From Verrucomicrobiales bacterium (lineage in GTDB: Bacteria > Verrucomicrobiota > Verrucomicrobiia > Limisphaerales > UBA1100), in the NCBI GenBank assembly GCA_038139415.1, contig JAYOSV010000001.1, positions 94,536 to 158,535 of the forward strand: a stretch of 64,000 bases of DNA, written 5' to 3'. The notes under the pieces are model-generated. The model did not search any database. It was not told the origin of the DNA and saw only the letters and a list, made by a program, of their open reading frames with translations. This document shows, piece after piece, positions 19,757 through 30,572 of this stretch. Position 1 is the first letter of the stretch. The number at the start of each line of letters is the position of its first letter. The position numbers and the translations under genes are program-made.

Positions 19757-21091
19757 TCAGGCAGATGTTTTCTCCTCAAACTTGTCTTTAAATTTATCCA
19801 CGAAACTCAGGACCGGCCAGGCGCAGGCTTCGCCGAAGGCGCAAATGGTGCGGCCTTGGATGTTTTGCGCAATGTGCTTGAGGTATTCGGGGTCCGCCGG
19901 GCGTCCTTCGCCATGCGTCATACGATGCAGGGCTTTGTTCATCCAGAGGGAACCTTCGCGGCACGGAGTGCATTGACCGCAGCTTTCGTGCGCGTAAAAC
20001 TCAGCTAGATTAGCGAGGCACTCGACGATGTCGCGGCTGTCGTCAATGACTATGATCGCGCCGGAACCGGACATGGTGCCGATTTTCATCAGCGTATCGA
20101 AATCGTACGGGACATCGAGCAGGTCCATTTCCTCTTCGCCCATCTTAAACTTTTCGCCGGCGCGCAACACCTTGGAAGAGGAGCCACCGGGGATGATTGC
20201 CTGCAGCTGGTTGCCGTTGCGCAAGCCGCCGCCAAAGTTGGGGTCATTGATCAGCTCACCAAGCGTGACCTTGCCGGTTTCGATTTCGAAATAGCCGGGT
20301 TGCTTGACGTCGCCGCTGAGGCTCACGAGGCGGGTGCCGGTATTATTCGGTGTGCCGAGTTTGGCAAAGGCTTCTGCCCCCATCTCTACAATATGCTTCA
20401 CATTGCAGAGCGTCTCCACGTTGTTGACGATGGTGGGGCTCATGTAGAGGCCGAGAGCGGCCGGGAAGTAGGGCGGCTTTATGCGCGGGTAGGCGCGCTT
20501 GCCTTCGAGGCTCTCAATCAGGCCGGTTTCCTCACCGCAAATATAGGCGCCGGCGCCGCGGTGTATGTGAATCTCCAGATCGTGTCCGCTGCCGAGGATA
20601 TCCTTGCCGAGGTAGCCCTTGGCACGCGCCTCGGCAAGGGCGGTGTTGATGATCTTCGCGCCTTCGGTGAATTCGCCGCGGATATAAATGTAGGCGAGGT
20701 TCACGTGGTTCGCCCAGCAGGCAATGATCATGCCTTCGATGAGCTGGTGCGGATCCTTGTAAATGATTTGCTTGTCCTTGAACGTGCCCGGTTCGGATTC
20801 GTCCGCGTTGCAAATGAGATAAACCGGCTTGGGATTCGGGTGGCGTACGAAGCTCCACTTGAGTCCGCAGGAAAAGCCAGCACCGCCGCGTCCGCGCAGA
20901 CCGGAATCCAGTACGCTCTTGCGCAGCTGCGCCTGGGCGGTGATCTCGTTGCCTTCGGCCCCGGTCGAAGCCTTCATGTCCAGCGACTGACGCAGGGCTT
21001 GATAGCCGCCGTGGCGCTCGTAGCACTCTATATCCTTCGAGTAATCCGGCGCATCGGCGTACTTCAGCAGTAGTTTGTGTTCCTGCGGCAT
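19757..21091 (-). CDS. nuoF: NADH-quinone oxidoreductase subunit F
   Basis: GLRGRGGAGF, NADESEPGTFKD, GAGAYICGEE, SCGQCTPCREG. Start set at MPQEHK because the longer ORF overlaps the tRNA. Confidence 0.96.
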   Translation of the reverse strand: MPQEHKLLLKYADAPDYSKDIECYERHGGYQALRQSLDMKASTGAEGNEITAQAQLRKSVLDSGLRGRGGAGFSCGLKWSFVRHPNPKPVYLICNADESEPGTFKDKQIIYKDPHQLIEGMIIACWANHVNLAYIYIRGEFTEGAKIINTALAEARAKGYLGKDILGSGHDLEIHIHRGAGAYICGEETGLIESLEGKRAYPRIKPPYFPAALGLYMSPTIVNNVETLCNVKHIVEMGAEAFAKLGTPNNTGTRLVSLSGDVKQPGYFEIETGKVTLGELINDPNFGGGLRNGNQLQAIIPGGSSSKVLRAGEKFKMGEEEMDLLDVPYDFDTLMKIGTMSGSGAIIVIDDSRDIVECLANLAEFYAHESCGQCTPCREGSLWMNKALHRMTHGEGRPADPEYLKHIAQNIQGRTICAFGEACAWPVLSFVDKFKDKFEEKTSA

Positions 21092-21095
21092 CGGC

Positions 21096-21123
21096 TTGAC
21101 TGTTCTTAAAAAATCGCTAGTTT
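21096..21123 (+). promoter_or_regulatory. Putative tRNA-Gln promoter
   Basis: TTGACT (21096-21101), N16, TAGTTT (21118-21123), 16 nt before the tRNA. Confidence 0.6.
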
Positions 21124-21139
21124 CGGCCGCCCACCGGAT

Positions 21140-21213
21140 TGCCCGATGGTGTAACGGTAGCACGACAGATTCTGATTCTGTTTGTTGGGGTTCGAATCCC
21201 TATCGGGCAACCA
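21140..21213 (+). tRNA. tRNA-Gln(CTG)
   Basis: Acceptor stem TGCCCGA/TCGGGCA, anticodon arm ACAGA-TTCTGAT-TCTGT, T arm TGGGG-TTCGAAT-CCCTA, encoded CCA. Confidence 0.96.
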
Positions 21214-21218
21214 TTTCA

Positions 21219-21710
21219 TTATTCGCACCCTCCCAAAATTTCATCGGCCTTGCCGTTGTCCACGGCCTCGTAAAAGTCGTCGTTGCACATCATCACTGGG
21301 CCCGTGCCGCAGCTGGCCAGGCATTCGGCAAATTCGATGCTGAATTTTTTATCGTCGGTCGTTTGCAGCCCATGCTTTTTTGGATCCAGCTTCAATTTGG
21401 AGCACAAGTTTTTATGCAGATCCGTGCCGCCGGCCAATGCGCAGCTGAGTGTGCGGCACACTTTCAACACGTACTTGCCCGGCTGCTCCTCGCGTAGCAT
21501 CGGGTAAAAGGTGACTAGCTCGTAGAGGTTTAGCGGGGCAATGCCGATCTCGCCCGCAGCCCATTGCATCGCTTCCTTGCTGATGTAGCCGGCCTCGGAT
21601 TGGATGGCGTGCAGCACCATCAACGACGCGCTGCGCTGCTCGCCTTCAGGATAATGCGTGAGCAGCTCGGCTACTTCCTGTTTCAAATTGTCGGACGGGC
21701 TAAAGCTCAT
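21219..21710 (-). CDS. nuoE: NADH-quinone oxidoreductase subunit E
   Basis: VTFYPM, CRTLSC, ECLASC; ATGA overlap with nuoD. Confidence 0.95.
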   Translation of the reverse strand: MSFSPSDNLKQEVAELLTHYPEGEQRSASLMVLHAIQSEAGYISKEAMQWAAGEIGIAPLNLYELVTFYPMLREEQPGKYVLKVCRTLSCALAGGTDLHKNLCSKLKLDPKKHGLQTTDDKKFSIEFAECLASCGTGPVMMCNDDFYEAVDNGKADEILGGCE

Positions 21711-22966
21711 CGGTCGCATTCTCCCATTACAAAGTCCAGAGAGCCGAGGATGGCGACCACATCGGCCATCATGTGGCCGGGCAGCATGTGCGACAGGATG
21801 CTCAGGTTCACAAAGGATGGGGCGCGGATCTTCAGCCGGTGCGGGGTTCCGCCTCCAAGGCTGTTGATATAAAAACCCAGCTCGCCCTTGGGATTCTCCG
21901 CGCCGAAATAGACCTCACCGGTCGGCGCATCCTGACCCTGCGTGACGATCATGAATTGATGGATCAATTCCTCCATGCTTGTCATCACCTTGTCCTTGGG
22001 CGGCAAAACGATCTTGCCGTCGGCCACATTGATCGGGCCCTTGGGGATGTCCTTAATGCATTGCCGCAGGATTTTCACGCTCTCACGCATCTCAAGGATG
22101 CGGATGGCGTAGCGGTCATAGCAATCGCCCTTGGTGCCGATGGGCACGTCGAAATCAAACCGATCGTAAATCATGTACGGCGTGGCTCGGCGCACATCGT
22201 GCTCCACGCCGCTGCCGCGGAGGTTGGGGCCGGACAAGCCGAAGTCAATCGCGTCCTCGCGGCTTATCACGCCGACATCCTGCGTACGCTCGAGAAAGAT
22301 CGGGTTGCGCGTAAGCAGTTGCTCGGTCTCATCAAAATTCATCTCGACCTCATCGAGGAACTTGCTCAGCTCATCGAGCCATCCCTCGGGCAGATCGCGG
22401 GCCAAACCGCCCACGCGTGTGTAGCTGGTGGTAAACCGCGCGCCGGTCAGAGCTTCGATGAGGTAATAAATTTTTTCACGCTCCGTGAACGTGTGCAAGA
22501 ACACCGTGAACGCGCCAGTATCCATCGCAAACGCACCGAGCCCCAGCAGATGCGCCGAAACCCGGGCCATTTCGCAGCAGATTGTGCGGATGTACTGGCA
22601 ACGCTCGGGAATCTTTTCCTCCACGCCGAGCAGTTTCTCGACCGCTAACACGTAGTGCACGTTATTGGCCAGCGGCGCGAGGTAATCCAGCCGATCCGTG
22701 TATGGGATGAACTGGTTGTAGGTCATGTTCTCGGCGATCTTTTCGTCGCCGCGATGCAGGTAACCCACGTCCGGTTCGGCCTTGGTGATGATCTCTCCAT
22801 CCATCTCCAGCCGCAGACGCAGCACGCCATGCGTGGCGGGGTGGGAGGGACCCATGTTCAGCACCATCTTCTCGCCCTGCACATCAGATAACTCATCCGC
22901 AGCACTAGCCGCGCTGGCGGCCGTGTCGCGAAATTCGATGTCCTGTTTGGTGCTGGCAGTAGTCAT
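21707..22966 (-). CDS. nuoD: NADH-quinone oxidoreductase subunit D
   Basis: NMGPSHPATHGVLRL, GYLHRG, DFVMGECDR. Confidence 0.97.
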   Translation of the reverse strand: MTTASTKQDIEFRDTAASAASAADELSDVQGEKMVLNMGPSHPATHGVLRLRLEMDGEIITKAEPDVGYLHRGDEKIAENMTYNQFIPYTDRLDYLAPLANNVHYVLAVEKLLGVEEKIPERCQYIRTICCEMARVSAHLLGLGAFAMDTGAFTVFLHTFTEREKIYYLIEALTGARFTTSYTRVGGLARDLPEGWLDELSKFLDEVEMNFDETEQLLTRNPIFLERTQDVGVISREDAIDFGLSGPNLRGSGVEHDVRRATPYMIYDRFDFDVPIGTKGDCYDRYAIRILEMRESVKILRQCIKDIPKGPINVADGKIVLPPKDKVMTSMEELIHQFMIVTQGQDAPTGEVYFGAENPKGELGFYINSLGGGTPHRLKIRAPSFVNLSILSHMLPGHMMADVVAILGSLDFVMGECDR

Positions 22967-22972
22967 GAACAA

Positions 22973-23563
22973 TTAGCTTTGCCAATCCTCCGGATTGCGG
23001 CGGCGCGGTTCGCGGCGGGTGGAATCTTCGCTACTGGGCAGGGTCACAAACGGCCCTCCCTCGAGCGGCGCGACATCCGTGCTGGCCACGTCCGGCATTT
23101 CGGTGGGCTTGCCTTCGAGCGGGAAATCTTTGCGCAATGGAAAGTACGGATAGCCTTCCCACATCAGGATGCGCTTGAGGTTAGGGTGGCCGGCGAACTT
23201 CACGCCCATCATGTCGTATGCTTCGCGCTCATGCCAATCGGCTGTACGCCATACGCCGGTCACCGTGGGGACTTCGCCGTGCTCCTCGGTGACGGTGGTT
23301 TTCAGCCGTAGATGCTGACCGTTCTCGATACCGCTCAGTTCGTACACCACCGAGAACCGCGGATCCTCGCCGTAATGATCGAGGGTGGAGATATCGATCA
23401 GATAATCAAAGCCCAGCTCCTCCTTTGCGAAGGCGCACACCGCGGCGATCTGTTCGGCATCCGCCACGTTTACGGTGATCTCGTCACGAAATTCCGTCGG
23501 TTCAGAGATGAGATCTCCAAACTTATCTTTCAACTGCTGGGCGCACACCGCGGCGGTCGTCAT
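22973..23563 (-). CDS. nuoC: NADH-quinone oxidoreductase subunit C
   Basis: [21 protein letters not shown]. Confidence 0.96.
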   Translation of the reverse strand: MTTAAVCAQQLKDKFGDLISEPTEFRDEITVNVADAEQIAAVCAFAKEELGFDYLIDISTLDHYGEDPRFSVVYELSGIENGQHLRLKTTVTEEHGEVPTVTGVWRTADWHEREAYDMMGVKFAGHPNLKRILMWEGYPYFPLRKDFPLEGKPTEMPDVASTDVAPLEGGPFVTLPSSEDSTRREPRRRNPEDWQS

Positions 23564-24099
23564 GAGGCGGGACCTGCCTTTTCTGATTCAGGCGTGGGAT
23601 CAAAATGATTCTTCATCCACGGCTCCGTCGAGACCTTGCCCTGTAACGTCATTAAGCCCTCAAGAACCGCCTCGGGTCGGGGAGGGCAACCGGCAATGTA
23701 CACATCCACCGGCAAAATTTGATCCACCCCCTGCAACACCGCGTAGCTTCGATACATACCGCCACTGCTGGCACAGGCGCCCATGGCGATCACCCATTTC
23801 GGCTCCGCCATTTGGTCGTAAATCCGCTTCACCGCCGTGGCCATCTTATAGGTCACTGTACCGGCCACGATCATTACATCCGATTGCCGCGGGGAAAATC
23901 GCATAACCTCAGAGCCAAACCGGGAAATATCGAACCGGCTGCAGCCCGAAGCCATCAGCTCAATCCCACAACACGCCAGCCCCATGGGCATCGGCCAGAG
24001 GGAATTTTTGCGAAACCAGTTAATCGCCGCATCCACGGTCGTGTGTACGACTTCCCCCTCAACCTTTGAATTATAGCCTATTTCAGTCGTTTTTGTCAT
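23560..24099 (-). CDS. nuoB: NADH-quinone oxidoreductase subunit B
   Basis: [30 protein letters not shown]. Confidence 0.96.
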   Translation of the reverse strand: MTKTTEIGYNSKVEGEVVHTTVDAAINWFRKNSLWPMPMGLACCGIELMASGCSRFDISRFGSEVMRFSPRQSDVMIVAGTVTYKMATAVKRIYDQMAEPKWVIAMGACASSGGMYRSYAVLQGVDQILPVDVYIAGCPPRPEAVLEGLMTLQGKVSTEPWMKNHFDPTPESEKAGPAS

Positions 24100-24160
24100 A
24101 AGCTGGACTCTCAAAGCACCTTGAAAATCTCTCATTGAACCCTTCAACGTACAAGGGAAT

Positions 24161-24178
24161 TTGTGATTTTTTTCACAA
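24161..24178. promoter_or_regulatory. Rex-like (or CRP/FNR-family) operator upstream of nuoB
   Basis: TTGTGATTTTTTTCACAA: one mismatch to the Rex consensus TTGTGAA-N4-TTCACAA and an exact TGTGA-N6-TCACA. Confidence 0.65.
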
Positions 24179-24269
24179 AGTCTTATTCCCAACAGCCCGA
24201 AGCGTTTCGTTCCTAAAAAACAATGTGAACAAGCCCAAAAACTTTTTTTACTTTTTTGACTATCATCCC

Positions 24270-24298
24270 TTGACGGAAAGGTGATTCGACACCATATT
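24270..24298 (+). promoter_or_regulatory. rpoD promoter
   Basis: TTGACG-N17-CATATT. Confidence 0.6.
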
Positions 24299-24329
24299 CC
24301 CCGACCTTTTCATGCTAAAAGGGTGAATT

Positions 24330-26402
24330 ATGGCTAAAAACAGCGCTAAAAAGACCGTTTCAAAGAAGAAAGCTCCGGCCAAAAAGGCCGGTAAGAAGAC
24401 TGCAGCCAAGAAAGCAGCCCCTAAAAAAGCCTCCGTAAAGAAAGCTTCTAGCGCTAAAACCGCCAAAAAATCGGCGAAAAAGGCCGTAAAAAAGCCTACG
24501 CCGAAGAAAGCATTGGCCAAAAAGTCGGTCCCTAAAAAAGCGGCACCCAAGAAGGCGGCACCCAAGAAGGCGGCACCCAAGAAGGCGGCTCCCAAGAAGG
24601 CGGCTCCGAAAAAAGCCGCCAAAAAGAAGGTCGCCAAGAAGAAGGCTGCCAAGAAGAAGAATCTGACCGCCGCGCAAATCACGCGCAACAAGGCCAAGCT
24701 CGCCAAAAAGGAAATCACCATCGAAGAGGTGAAGACCGAGTCCGGATTTGTGCTCACCAGCAAAATCAAGGAACTCGTTTTGCTCGCCCAGGAACAGGGC
24801 TACCTCACGCACGACGACGTTTCCGAACATTTGCCGAAAGATAAGGTGACCCCGGCCGACATTGAAATGGTCGAGTCCCAGTTCGAGCAATTGGAAATCT
24901 CCGTCGTCGATCAGGCCGAGGTCGACAATGTGTCCCCCATACGCCGTGGCGAGGACGACAAGGCCAAGGAAGAGAAGACCAAGCTCGATATTCTGGACGA
25001 CCCCGTTCGCATGTACCTCAAGCAAATGGGCCAAGTGCCCTTGCTTACGCGCGAACAGGAAGTGGAGATTTCAAAACGCATCGAGGATGCCGAGAACGAA
25101 GTGAAGCGAATCATCTACAGCTTTGGCTTCACCGGCAAGGAGCACATTGCTCTGGCGGAGAAACTCATTTCCGAGCCGCCCAAGGAACGGTTCGATCGAG
25201 TGATCGTTGATAAGAAAATCGAGGGTCGCGAACAACACCTCAAGGCGCTTCGCCGACTCGTGAAGGACGTGCGTGCGATGGACCATAAGGTCGACGAGAA
25301 ATATATGTCGCGCCTCAAGGCCAAGAATCAGGCGGCCCGGACGCGCGCTGAAAAGGCCTTAAAGCAAAACGACGCCAAGCAGCAAAAATCGTTTCCGAAA
25401 TTTTTCTACAAGCAAAAGGTCATCGAGGAAATGTCCGTCGTGGCCGAGAACGTGAACGAGAAAATCGTCGCCAGCATGGAGGCGGTGGAGGGCGCTAGCA
25501 AAGGCCGCAAGACCGCCGCAAATAAGCAGATCATCGAGGGCGAAACCCGCAAGTTGCAGGCGCTGGAGATTTTTACGCGTATGACTTCCGAGGATTACGT
25601 GGAAGCCTTCAAACAGCTCCAGCACTTCGGTAAAAAAGCGCATCAAGCCAAGACCGAAATGGTTGAAGCTAACCTGCGCCTTGTGATTTCCATTGCCAAA
25701 AAATACACCAACCGCGGGCTGTCCTTTCTCGATCTCATTCAGGAAGGCAACATGGGCCTGATGAAGGCGGTTGAGAAATTTGAGTACCGCCGCGGCTACA
25801 AATTTTCCACCTATGCGACTTGGTGGATTCGCCAGGCCATCACGCGTTCCATCGCCGACCAGGCGCGCACCATCCGTATCCCGGTGCACATGATCGAAAC
25901 GATCAACAAGCTCATGCGCGTGCAAAAACAGCTCGTCCAGGATTTCGGTCGCGAAGCCACGCCGGAGGAGATTGCCGACGAGATGCAGTTGCCCGTCGAG
26001 CGGGTGCGCGCCATCATGAAGATGGCCCAGCAACCCATCAGTTTGCAAAGCCCCGTGGGCGATAGCGACGACACCAACTTCGGTGATTTCATCGAGGATA
26101 AATCCGCTGAGAACCCCAGTGACATGACCAGCTACTCGCTGCTCAAGGACAAGCTGGGCGATGTGCTTACCTCACTCACTGAGCGTGAACGCAAGGTTCT
26201 CGAGCTCCGCTTCGGTCTCACTGACGGTTACAGCCGTACGCTCGAGGAAGTGGGCAAACAATTTAAAGTAACCCGCGAGCGCATTCGGCAGATCGAAGCC
26301 AAGGCTCTCCGGAAAATGCGACACCCCACGCGCCTCCGCCAACTGCAGGGCTTCCTTGATGGCGAAGGCATAGACAGCTTTGGCATCGGCGAATTGGCTT
26401 AG
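24330..26402 (+). CDS. rpoD: Primary sigma factor with a Lys/Ala/Pro-rich N-terminal extension
   Basis: [47 protein letters not shown]. Confidence 0.97.
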   Translation: MAKNSAKKTVSKKKAPAKKAGKKTAAKKAAPKKASVKKASSAKTAKKSAKKAVKKPTPKKALAKKSVPKKAAPKKAAPKKAAPKKAAPKKAAPKKAAKKKVAKKKAAKKKNLTAAQITRNKAKLAKKEITIEEVKTESGFVLTSKIKELVLLAQEQGYLTHDDVSEHLPKDKVTPADIEMVESQFEQLEISVVDQAEVDNVSPIRRGEDDKAKEEKTKLDILDDPVRMYLKQMGQVPLLTREQEVEISKRIEDAENEVKRIIYSFGFTGKEHIALAEKLISEPPKERFDRVIVDKKIEGREQHLKALRRLVKDVRAMDHKVDEKYMSRLKAKNQAARTRAEKALKQNDAKQQKSFPKFFYKQKVIEEMSVVAENVNEKIVASMEAVEGASKGRKTAANKQIIEGETRKLQALEIFTRMTSEDYVEAFKQLQHFGKKAHQAKTEMVEANLRLVISIAKKYTNRGLSFLDLIQEGNMGLMKAVEKFEYRRGYKFSTYATWWIRQAITRSIADQARTIRIPVHMIETINKLMRVQKQLVQDFGREATPEEIADEMQLPVERVRAIMKMAQQPISLQSPVGDSDDTNFGDFIEDKSAENPSDMTSYSLLKDKLGDVLTSLTERERKVLELRFGLTDGYSRTLEEVGKQFKVTRERIRQIEAKALRKMRHPTRLRQLQGFLDGEGIDSFGIGELA
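24531..24620 (+). repeat. 15-bp tandem repeat x6 encoding PKKAA
   Basis: Six consecutive CCN AAR AAR GCS GCN units within rpoD. Confidence 0.95.
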
Positions 26403-26416
26403 GCTATCATCCAATC

Positions 26417-26453
26417 AAAACAAAACCCCGCCAACCGGCGGGGTTTTTTGTTT
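26417..26453. terminator. Bidirectional terminator, rpoD/gcvP
   Basis: AAAACCCCGCC-AACC-GGCGGGGTTTTTT. Confidence 0.9.
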
Positions 26454-26482
26454 AGGTAAACGGAACAAAAAGCGACCTACAT

Positions 26483-29395
26483 CTACTCTTCAGTAAACGC
26501 CTCCATGCCGGCGCAGCTGCATACCAAATTGCGGTCGCCCCACACGTTATCGATGCGGCCGACTGCCGGCCAGAATTTGTAATCGCGTAGCCACGTCGCG
26601 GGGAAGGCCGCGCGTTCGCGTTCATAATCGTGCGGCCACGCGTTACCGCCCACCATATCCGTGGTGTGCGGTGCGTTCTTGAGTAGATTATCCTCCGCGT
26701 CCACCGCGCCGCATTCCACAGATTCAATTTCCGCGCGAATGGCGATCATCGCTTCGCAGAACCGATCCAGCTCCTCCTTCGATTCGCTCTCAGTCGGCTC
26801 CACCATCATCGTGCCTGCCACCGGCCAAGAGACCGTCGGCGCATGGAATCCAAAATCCATCAGCCGCTTGGCGACGTCTTCCACCGTCACCTTCTTAAAT
26901 TGACGCAGATCCAGAATGCACTCGTGCGCTACGCGCCCATTGGCGCCCTTGTACAACACTGGGAAATGCGGGTCCAACCGAGTGGCGATATAATTGGCAT
27001 TCAGGATTGCGTGCTCGGTGGCGGCCTTCAATCCCTCTGCGCCCATCATTGCGATGTACATCCAGGAGATCGGCAAAATGCTTGCGCTACCCCATGGTGC
27101 CGCGCTCACCGCACCGACTGCTTCGGTGGAATTGCTGTGGGTCACCGGATGGCCCGGCAGGAAATTTACCAGATGCTCCGCTACGCCAATTGGTCCCATG
27201 CCCGGCCCGCCGCCGCCGTGGGGAATGCAGAATGTTTTATGCAAATTAATGTGGCACACATCCGCGCCCAACTCGCCCGGCTGCGCGATGCCGACCATCG
27301 CGTTGAGATTCGCGCCGTCCAGATACACCTGGCCGCCGGCTGAATGCACCACCTCACAAATTTCGCGAATGCTCTCTTCGAAAACCCCGTGTGTGGAAGG
27401 GTAGGTGATCATCATTGCCGCCAGATCATTCGCGTGCTCGCCGGCTTTAGCGCGGAGATCGTCCAGGTCGATATCACCTTCCTCGCTGCACTGCACCGGT
27501 ACTACCTGCATGCCGGCCAGTACCGCACTTGCCGGATTCGTGCCGTGCGCGCTGGTGGGAATCAGGCACACTTGCCGATGCCTCTCATCGCGGCTCTCGT
27601 GATAATGCCGGATCACCAATAGGCCGGCGTACTCGCCTTGCGAACCGGCATTCGGCTGGAGCGATACTCCGGCAAATCCAGTGATCTCTGCCAGCCATGC
27701 TTCCAGTTCGGTAAACATCTTCTGGTACCCGCACGTTTGCTCCAGCGGTACAAAGGGATGCACGCCATTGAATTCCGGCCAGCTCACCGGCTGCATCTCG
27801 GCCACCGCGTTGAGCTTCATGGTGCACGAGCCGAGCGGGATCATGCTTTGCGCTAGCGACAGGTCGCGGCTCTCGAGTCTTTTGAGGTAGCGCATCAACT
27901 CGGTCTCCGAGCGATGCTTGTGGAACACCTCGTGCGTGAGAAACTCGCTGGTGCGCCGGAGCGACTCTGGGATGATCTCCGCCGCGGTCAATTCCTCCAG
28001 CGCGAACGGCACATCGCGCCCTTCGTTGAAGACCTGCAGGAGTTCCATTACATCTGCCTCGCTGGTTGCTTCATCCAGCGCCACGCCGACGGTCGTCTCG
28101 TCCAGCACACGCAGGTTGATCCGATACGCCTCCGCAATACGCGCCAAGTCTTCGGCGCTTTGATTGGCGTGTTGCACCGCGAGCGTATCGAAATACACCG
28201 CATGCTGTACCGTATGTCCAAGACGTTCCAGGCCCGCACTCAGGAAGCGCGTCAGACTGTGCACGCGACCAGCGATTTTGCGCAGGCCATCCGGTCCGTG
28301 ATAACAGGCGTACATCGCCGCCATGTTGGCCAGCAATGCCTGCGCGGTGCAGATGTTGCTCGTAGCCTTGTCGCGCCGAATGTGTTGCTCGCGCGTTTGC
28401 AGAGACAGCCGGAAGGCCGGCCGGCCGCGCGTGTCTTTGGACACCCCTACAATACGCCCGGGCATCTGGCGCTTGTACACATCGCGCGTGGCAAAGAACG
28501 CCGCGTGCGGGCCGCCGTATCCTAGCGGTACGCCAAAGCGTTGCGCGTTACCCACGGCGATGTCCGCACCCAGTTCGCCGGGGGCTTTCAACAAGGTGAG
28601 CGCCAGCAAGTCGGTGGCCATCACCACCATCGCGCCCGCTTCATGCGCGCCCGCGATCAGTTCCGCGTAACTTGCCGCCGCCCCATCGGTGGTCGGGTAC
28701 TGCAGCAACACGCCGAAGATGGTGTCATTAAATCCTAAATCCGCCGCCGGTGCCGTGCGCACCTCAATGCCCAGCGTTTCCGCCCGCGTCTCCAGTACGG
28801 CGAGGTTTTGGGGGTGACAATCCGTCGCCACCACAAACACATTACGGCAGCCTTTGCCTTTCACCGCATGGCACATGGTCATGGCCTCGGCGCAGGCGGT
28901 GGCTTCATCAAGCAACGAGGCATTGGCGATCTCTAGACCAGTCAAGTCGCACACCATTGTTTGGAAATTGAGCAGGCTTTCCAGGCGCCCCTGCGATATC
29001 TCTGCTTGATACGGTGTGTACTGCGTGTACCAACCGGGGTTCTCCAGCAGATTACGTTGGATGACCGGCGGCACAATGCAATCGGAATAGCCCATGCCGA
29101 GGTAGCTGCGGTGCGGTTTGTTTTCGCCAATGATCTTGCGCAGTCGGCCCAGAGCCGCGTGCTCAGAGAGCGCGGACGGCAACTCTAATGGCCGCGGTGC
29201 CCGGATGGCCTCCGGCACCACGGTGTCCATGAAGCCCTCCAACGACTCATGACCAATCACCTCCAGCATCGCCCGCGCCTCATCGGCATCGGGGCCAATG
29301 TGCCGGTTGGCAAACTGGTCAGGGTGAGGTGGGGGAGTCTCAGTTTCAGCCACGGTATTTTCGGTGGTTTCCTGCGTCTTTTCGCGCAACAACAT
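26483..29395 (-). CDS. gcvP: Glycine dehydrogenase (decarboxylating), P protein
   Basis: [47 protein letters not shown]. Start approximate. Confidence 0.97.
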   Translation of the reverse strand: MLLREKTQETTENTVAETETPPPHPDQFANRHIGPDADEARAMLEVIGHESLEGFMDTVVPEAIRAPRPLELPSALSEHAALGRLRKIIGENKPHRSYLGMGYSDCIVPPVIQRNLLENPGWYTQYTPYQAEISQGRLESLLNFQTMVCDLTGLEIANASLLDEATACAEAMTMCHAVKGKGCRNVFVVATDCHPQNLAVLETRAETLGIEVRTAPAADLGFNDTIFGVLLQYPTTDGAAASYAELIAGAHEAGAMVVMATDLLALTLLKAPGELGADIAVGNAQRFGVPLGYGGPHAAFFATRDVYKRQMPGRIVGVSKDTRGRPAFRLSLQTREQHIRRDKATSNICTAQALLANMAAMYACYHGPDGLRKIAGRVHSLTRFLSAGLERLGHTVQHAVYFDTLAVQHANQSAEDLARIAEAYRINLRVLDETTVGVALDEATSEADVMELLQVFNEGRDVPFALEELTAAEIIPESLRRTSEFLTHEVFHKHRSETELMRYLKRLESRDLSLAQSMIPLGSCTMKLNAVAEMQPVSWPEFNGVHPFVPLEQTCGYQKMFTELEAWLAEITGFAGVSLQPNAGSQGEYAGLLVIRHYHESRDERHRQVCLIPTSAHGTNPASAVLAGMQVVPVQCSEEGDIDLDDLRAKAGEHANDLAAMMITYPSTHGVFEESIREICEVVHSAGGQVYLDGANLNAMVGIAQPGELGADVCHINLHKTFCIPHGGGGPGMGPIGVAEHLVNFLPGHPVTHSNSTEAVGAVSAAPWGSASILPISWMYIAMMGAEGLKAATEHAILNANYIATRLDPHFPVLYKGANGRVAHECILDLRQFKKVTVEDVAKRLMDFGFHAPTVSWPVAGTMMVEPTESESKEELDRFCEAMIAIRAEIESVECGAVDAEDNLLKNAPHTTDMVGGNAWPHDYERERAAFPATWLRDYKFWPAVGRIDNVWGDRNLVCSCAGMEAFTEE

Positions 29396-29501
29396 GGCAT
29401 CGAAGCTAGCCAAACGTCAATTTCTCGGACAAGACCGACTTGTCCCAATGGCGCTTTTTCTTATTCAGAGGGTGTGAGCACTTTAAAAAATTTAAAACCC
29501 C

Positions 29502-29543
29502 TTGCGGGCTCATTGATTCCAGTATATTCTGATTTTACAGAAA
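29502..29543 (+). promoter_or_regulatory. Promoter and autoregulatory operator of the GbsR-type regulator
   Basis: TTGCGG-N17-TATTCT, overlapped by TTCCAGTATATTCTGATTTTACAGAAA, which recurs in similar form at 30130-30156. Confidence 0.6.
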
Positions 29544-29560
29544 TTAAAGAAACAAAGGAA

Positions 29561-30088
29561 ATGACCGAGTTAACGCCAGTTCAGCAAAAATTCATCCTTC
29601 ACTGGGGCGAAATGGGCGCCAAGTGGGGTATCAATCGCACGGTCGCCCAGGTGCACGCCCTATTGTATGTGTGGCCAGAGCCGCTGAATGCGGACGATAT
29701 CACCCAAACGCTGTCGGTGGCCCGGTCCAATGTGAGCACGAGTCTTAAGGAACTGAACGGGTGGGGCCTTTTGAAAACCGTGCAAAAGCTCGGCGATCGC
29801 AAGGAGCATTTTGAAACCTTTGAAGATCCGTGGGAAATGTTTCGGATCGTCGGGGCAGAGCGGAAGCGTCGGGAGTTGGATCCCACCATGGCTCTACTTG
29901 GCGAATGCATAGATGAGCAAAAGGCTGCTCGCAAGGCTGATCCGCATATGGAGAAACGCCTCGGCGACATGAAAGATTTCTTCGATAACGTCTCGGCCTG
30001 CTTTGACCGCGCCAACAAATTGCCGACCTCAACGCTCCGCAAGTTGTCCAAGATGGGCGACAAGCTGTTGAAACTTTTGCCGATTTAA
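29561..30088 (+). CDS. GbsR/MarR-family transcriptional regulator
   Basis: FILHWGEMGAKWGINRTVAQVHALL, ARSNVSTSLKEL winged HTH; SD AAGGA. Confidence 0.9.
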   Translation: MTELTPVQQKFILHWGEMGAKWGINRTVAQVHALLYVWPEPLNADDITQTLSVARSNVSTSLKELNGWGLLKTVQKLGDRKEHFETFEDPWEMFRIVGAERKRRELDPTMALLGECIDEQKAARKADPHMEKRLGDMKDFFDNVSACFDRANKLPTSTLRKLSKMGDKLLKLLPI

Positions 30089-30116
30089 TTTGAAGCCAAA
30101 AACCAAGGAAAAACAC

Positions 30117-30572
30117 ATGCGCCGAAAAATTTCAGTATTTTTCGAAATAACAGAATATAACGGAATTAAGGTGTTATTCGACCGCGAATGCTCGATGTGC
30201 CTCCGGATGGTGGCGCGGATGCGACCGGTCTGGGAACCGCGCGGATTTGAGTTTGTTCCGCTGCAAGCCGAGTGGGTCCGGCGCAAGTTGGCACTGCCAG
30301 AAGAGGAACTGCTCCGGGAAATGCGCGTGCTAATGCCTAATGGCCGGGTCCTGGGCGGCGCCGATGCCCATGCCTTGCTTTGGGGCTATGTCTGGTGGCT
30401 TTGGCCGCTTTGGCTGCTGGATAAAGTGCCCGGCGGGCATTGGCTTATCAATTGGTTCTACGAACGCATTGCGGCCAACCGGTACCGTATCAGTCATTGG
30501 TTGGACTGCGAGAACGCCTGCAATCTCAAGGATTTAACCTCAACCCCAAACCGAAAGGAAAACAACACATGA
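30117..30572 (+). CDS. DCC-family (DUF393) thiol-disulfide oxidoreductase
   Basis: FDRECSMC (DxxCxxC), YERIAANRY. Confidence 0.85.
   Translation: MRRKISVFFEITEYNGIKVLFDRECSMCLRMVARMRPVWEPRGFEFVPLQAEWVRRKLALPEEELLREMRVLMPNGRVLGGADAHALLWGYVWWLWPLWLLDKVPGGHWLINWFYERIAANRYRISHWLDCENACNLKDLTSTPNRKENNT

Noticed and set aside
24263..24769. 168-aa hydrophobic minus-strand ORF as the missing nuoA
   Set aside because: Its FLGAA repeats are the reverse complement of the rpoD PKKAA repeats; no NuoA motif.
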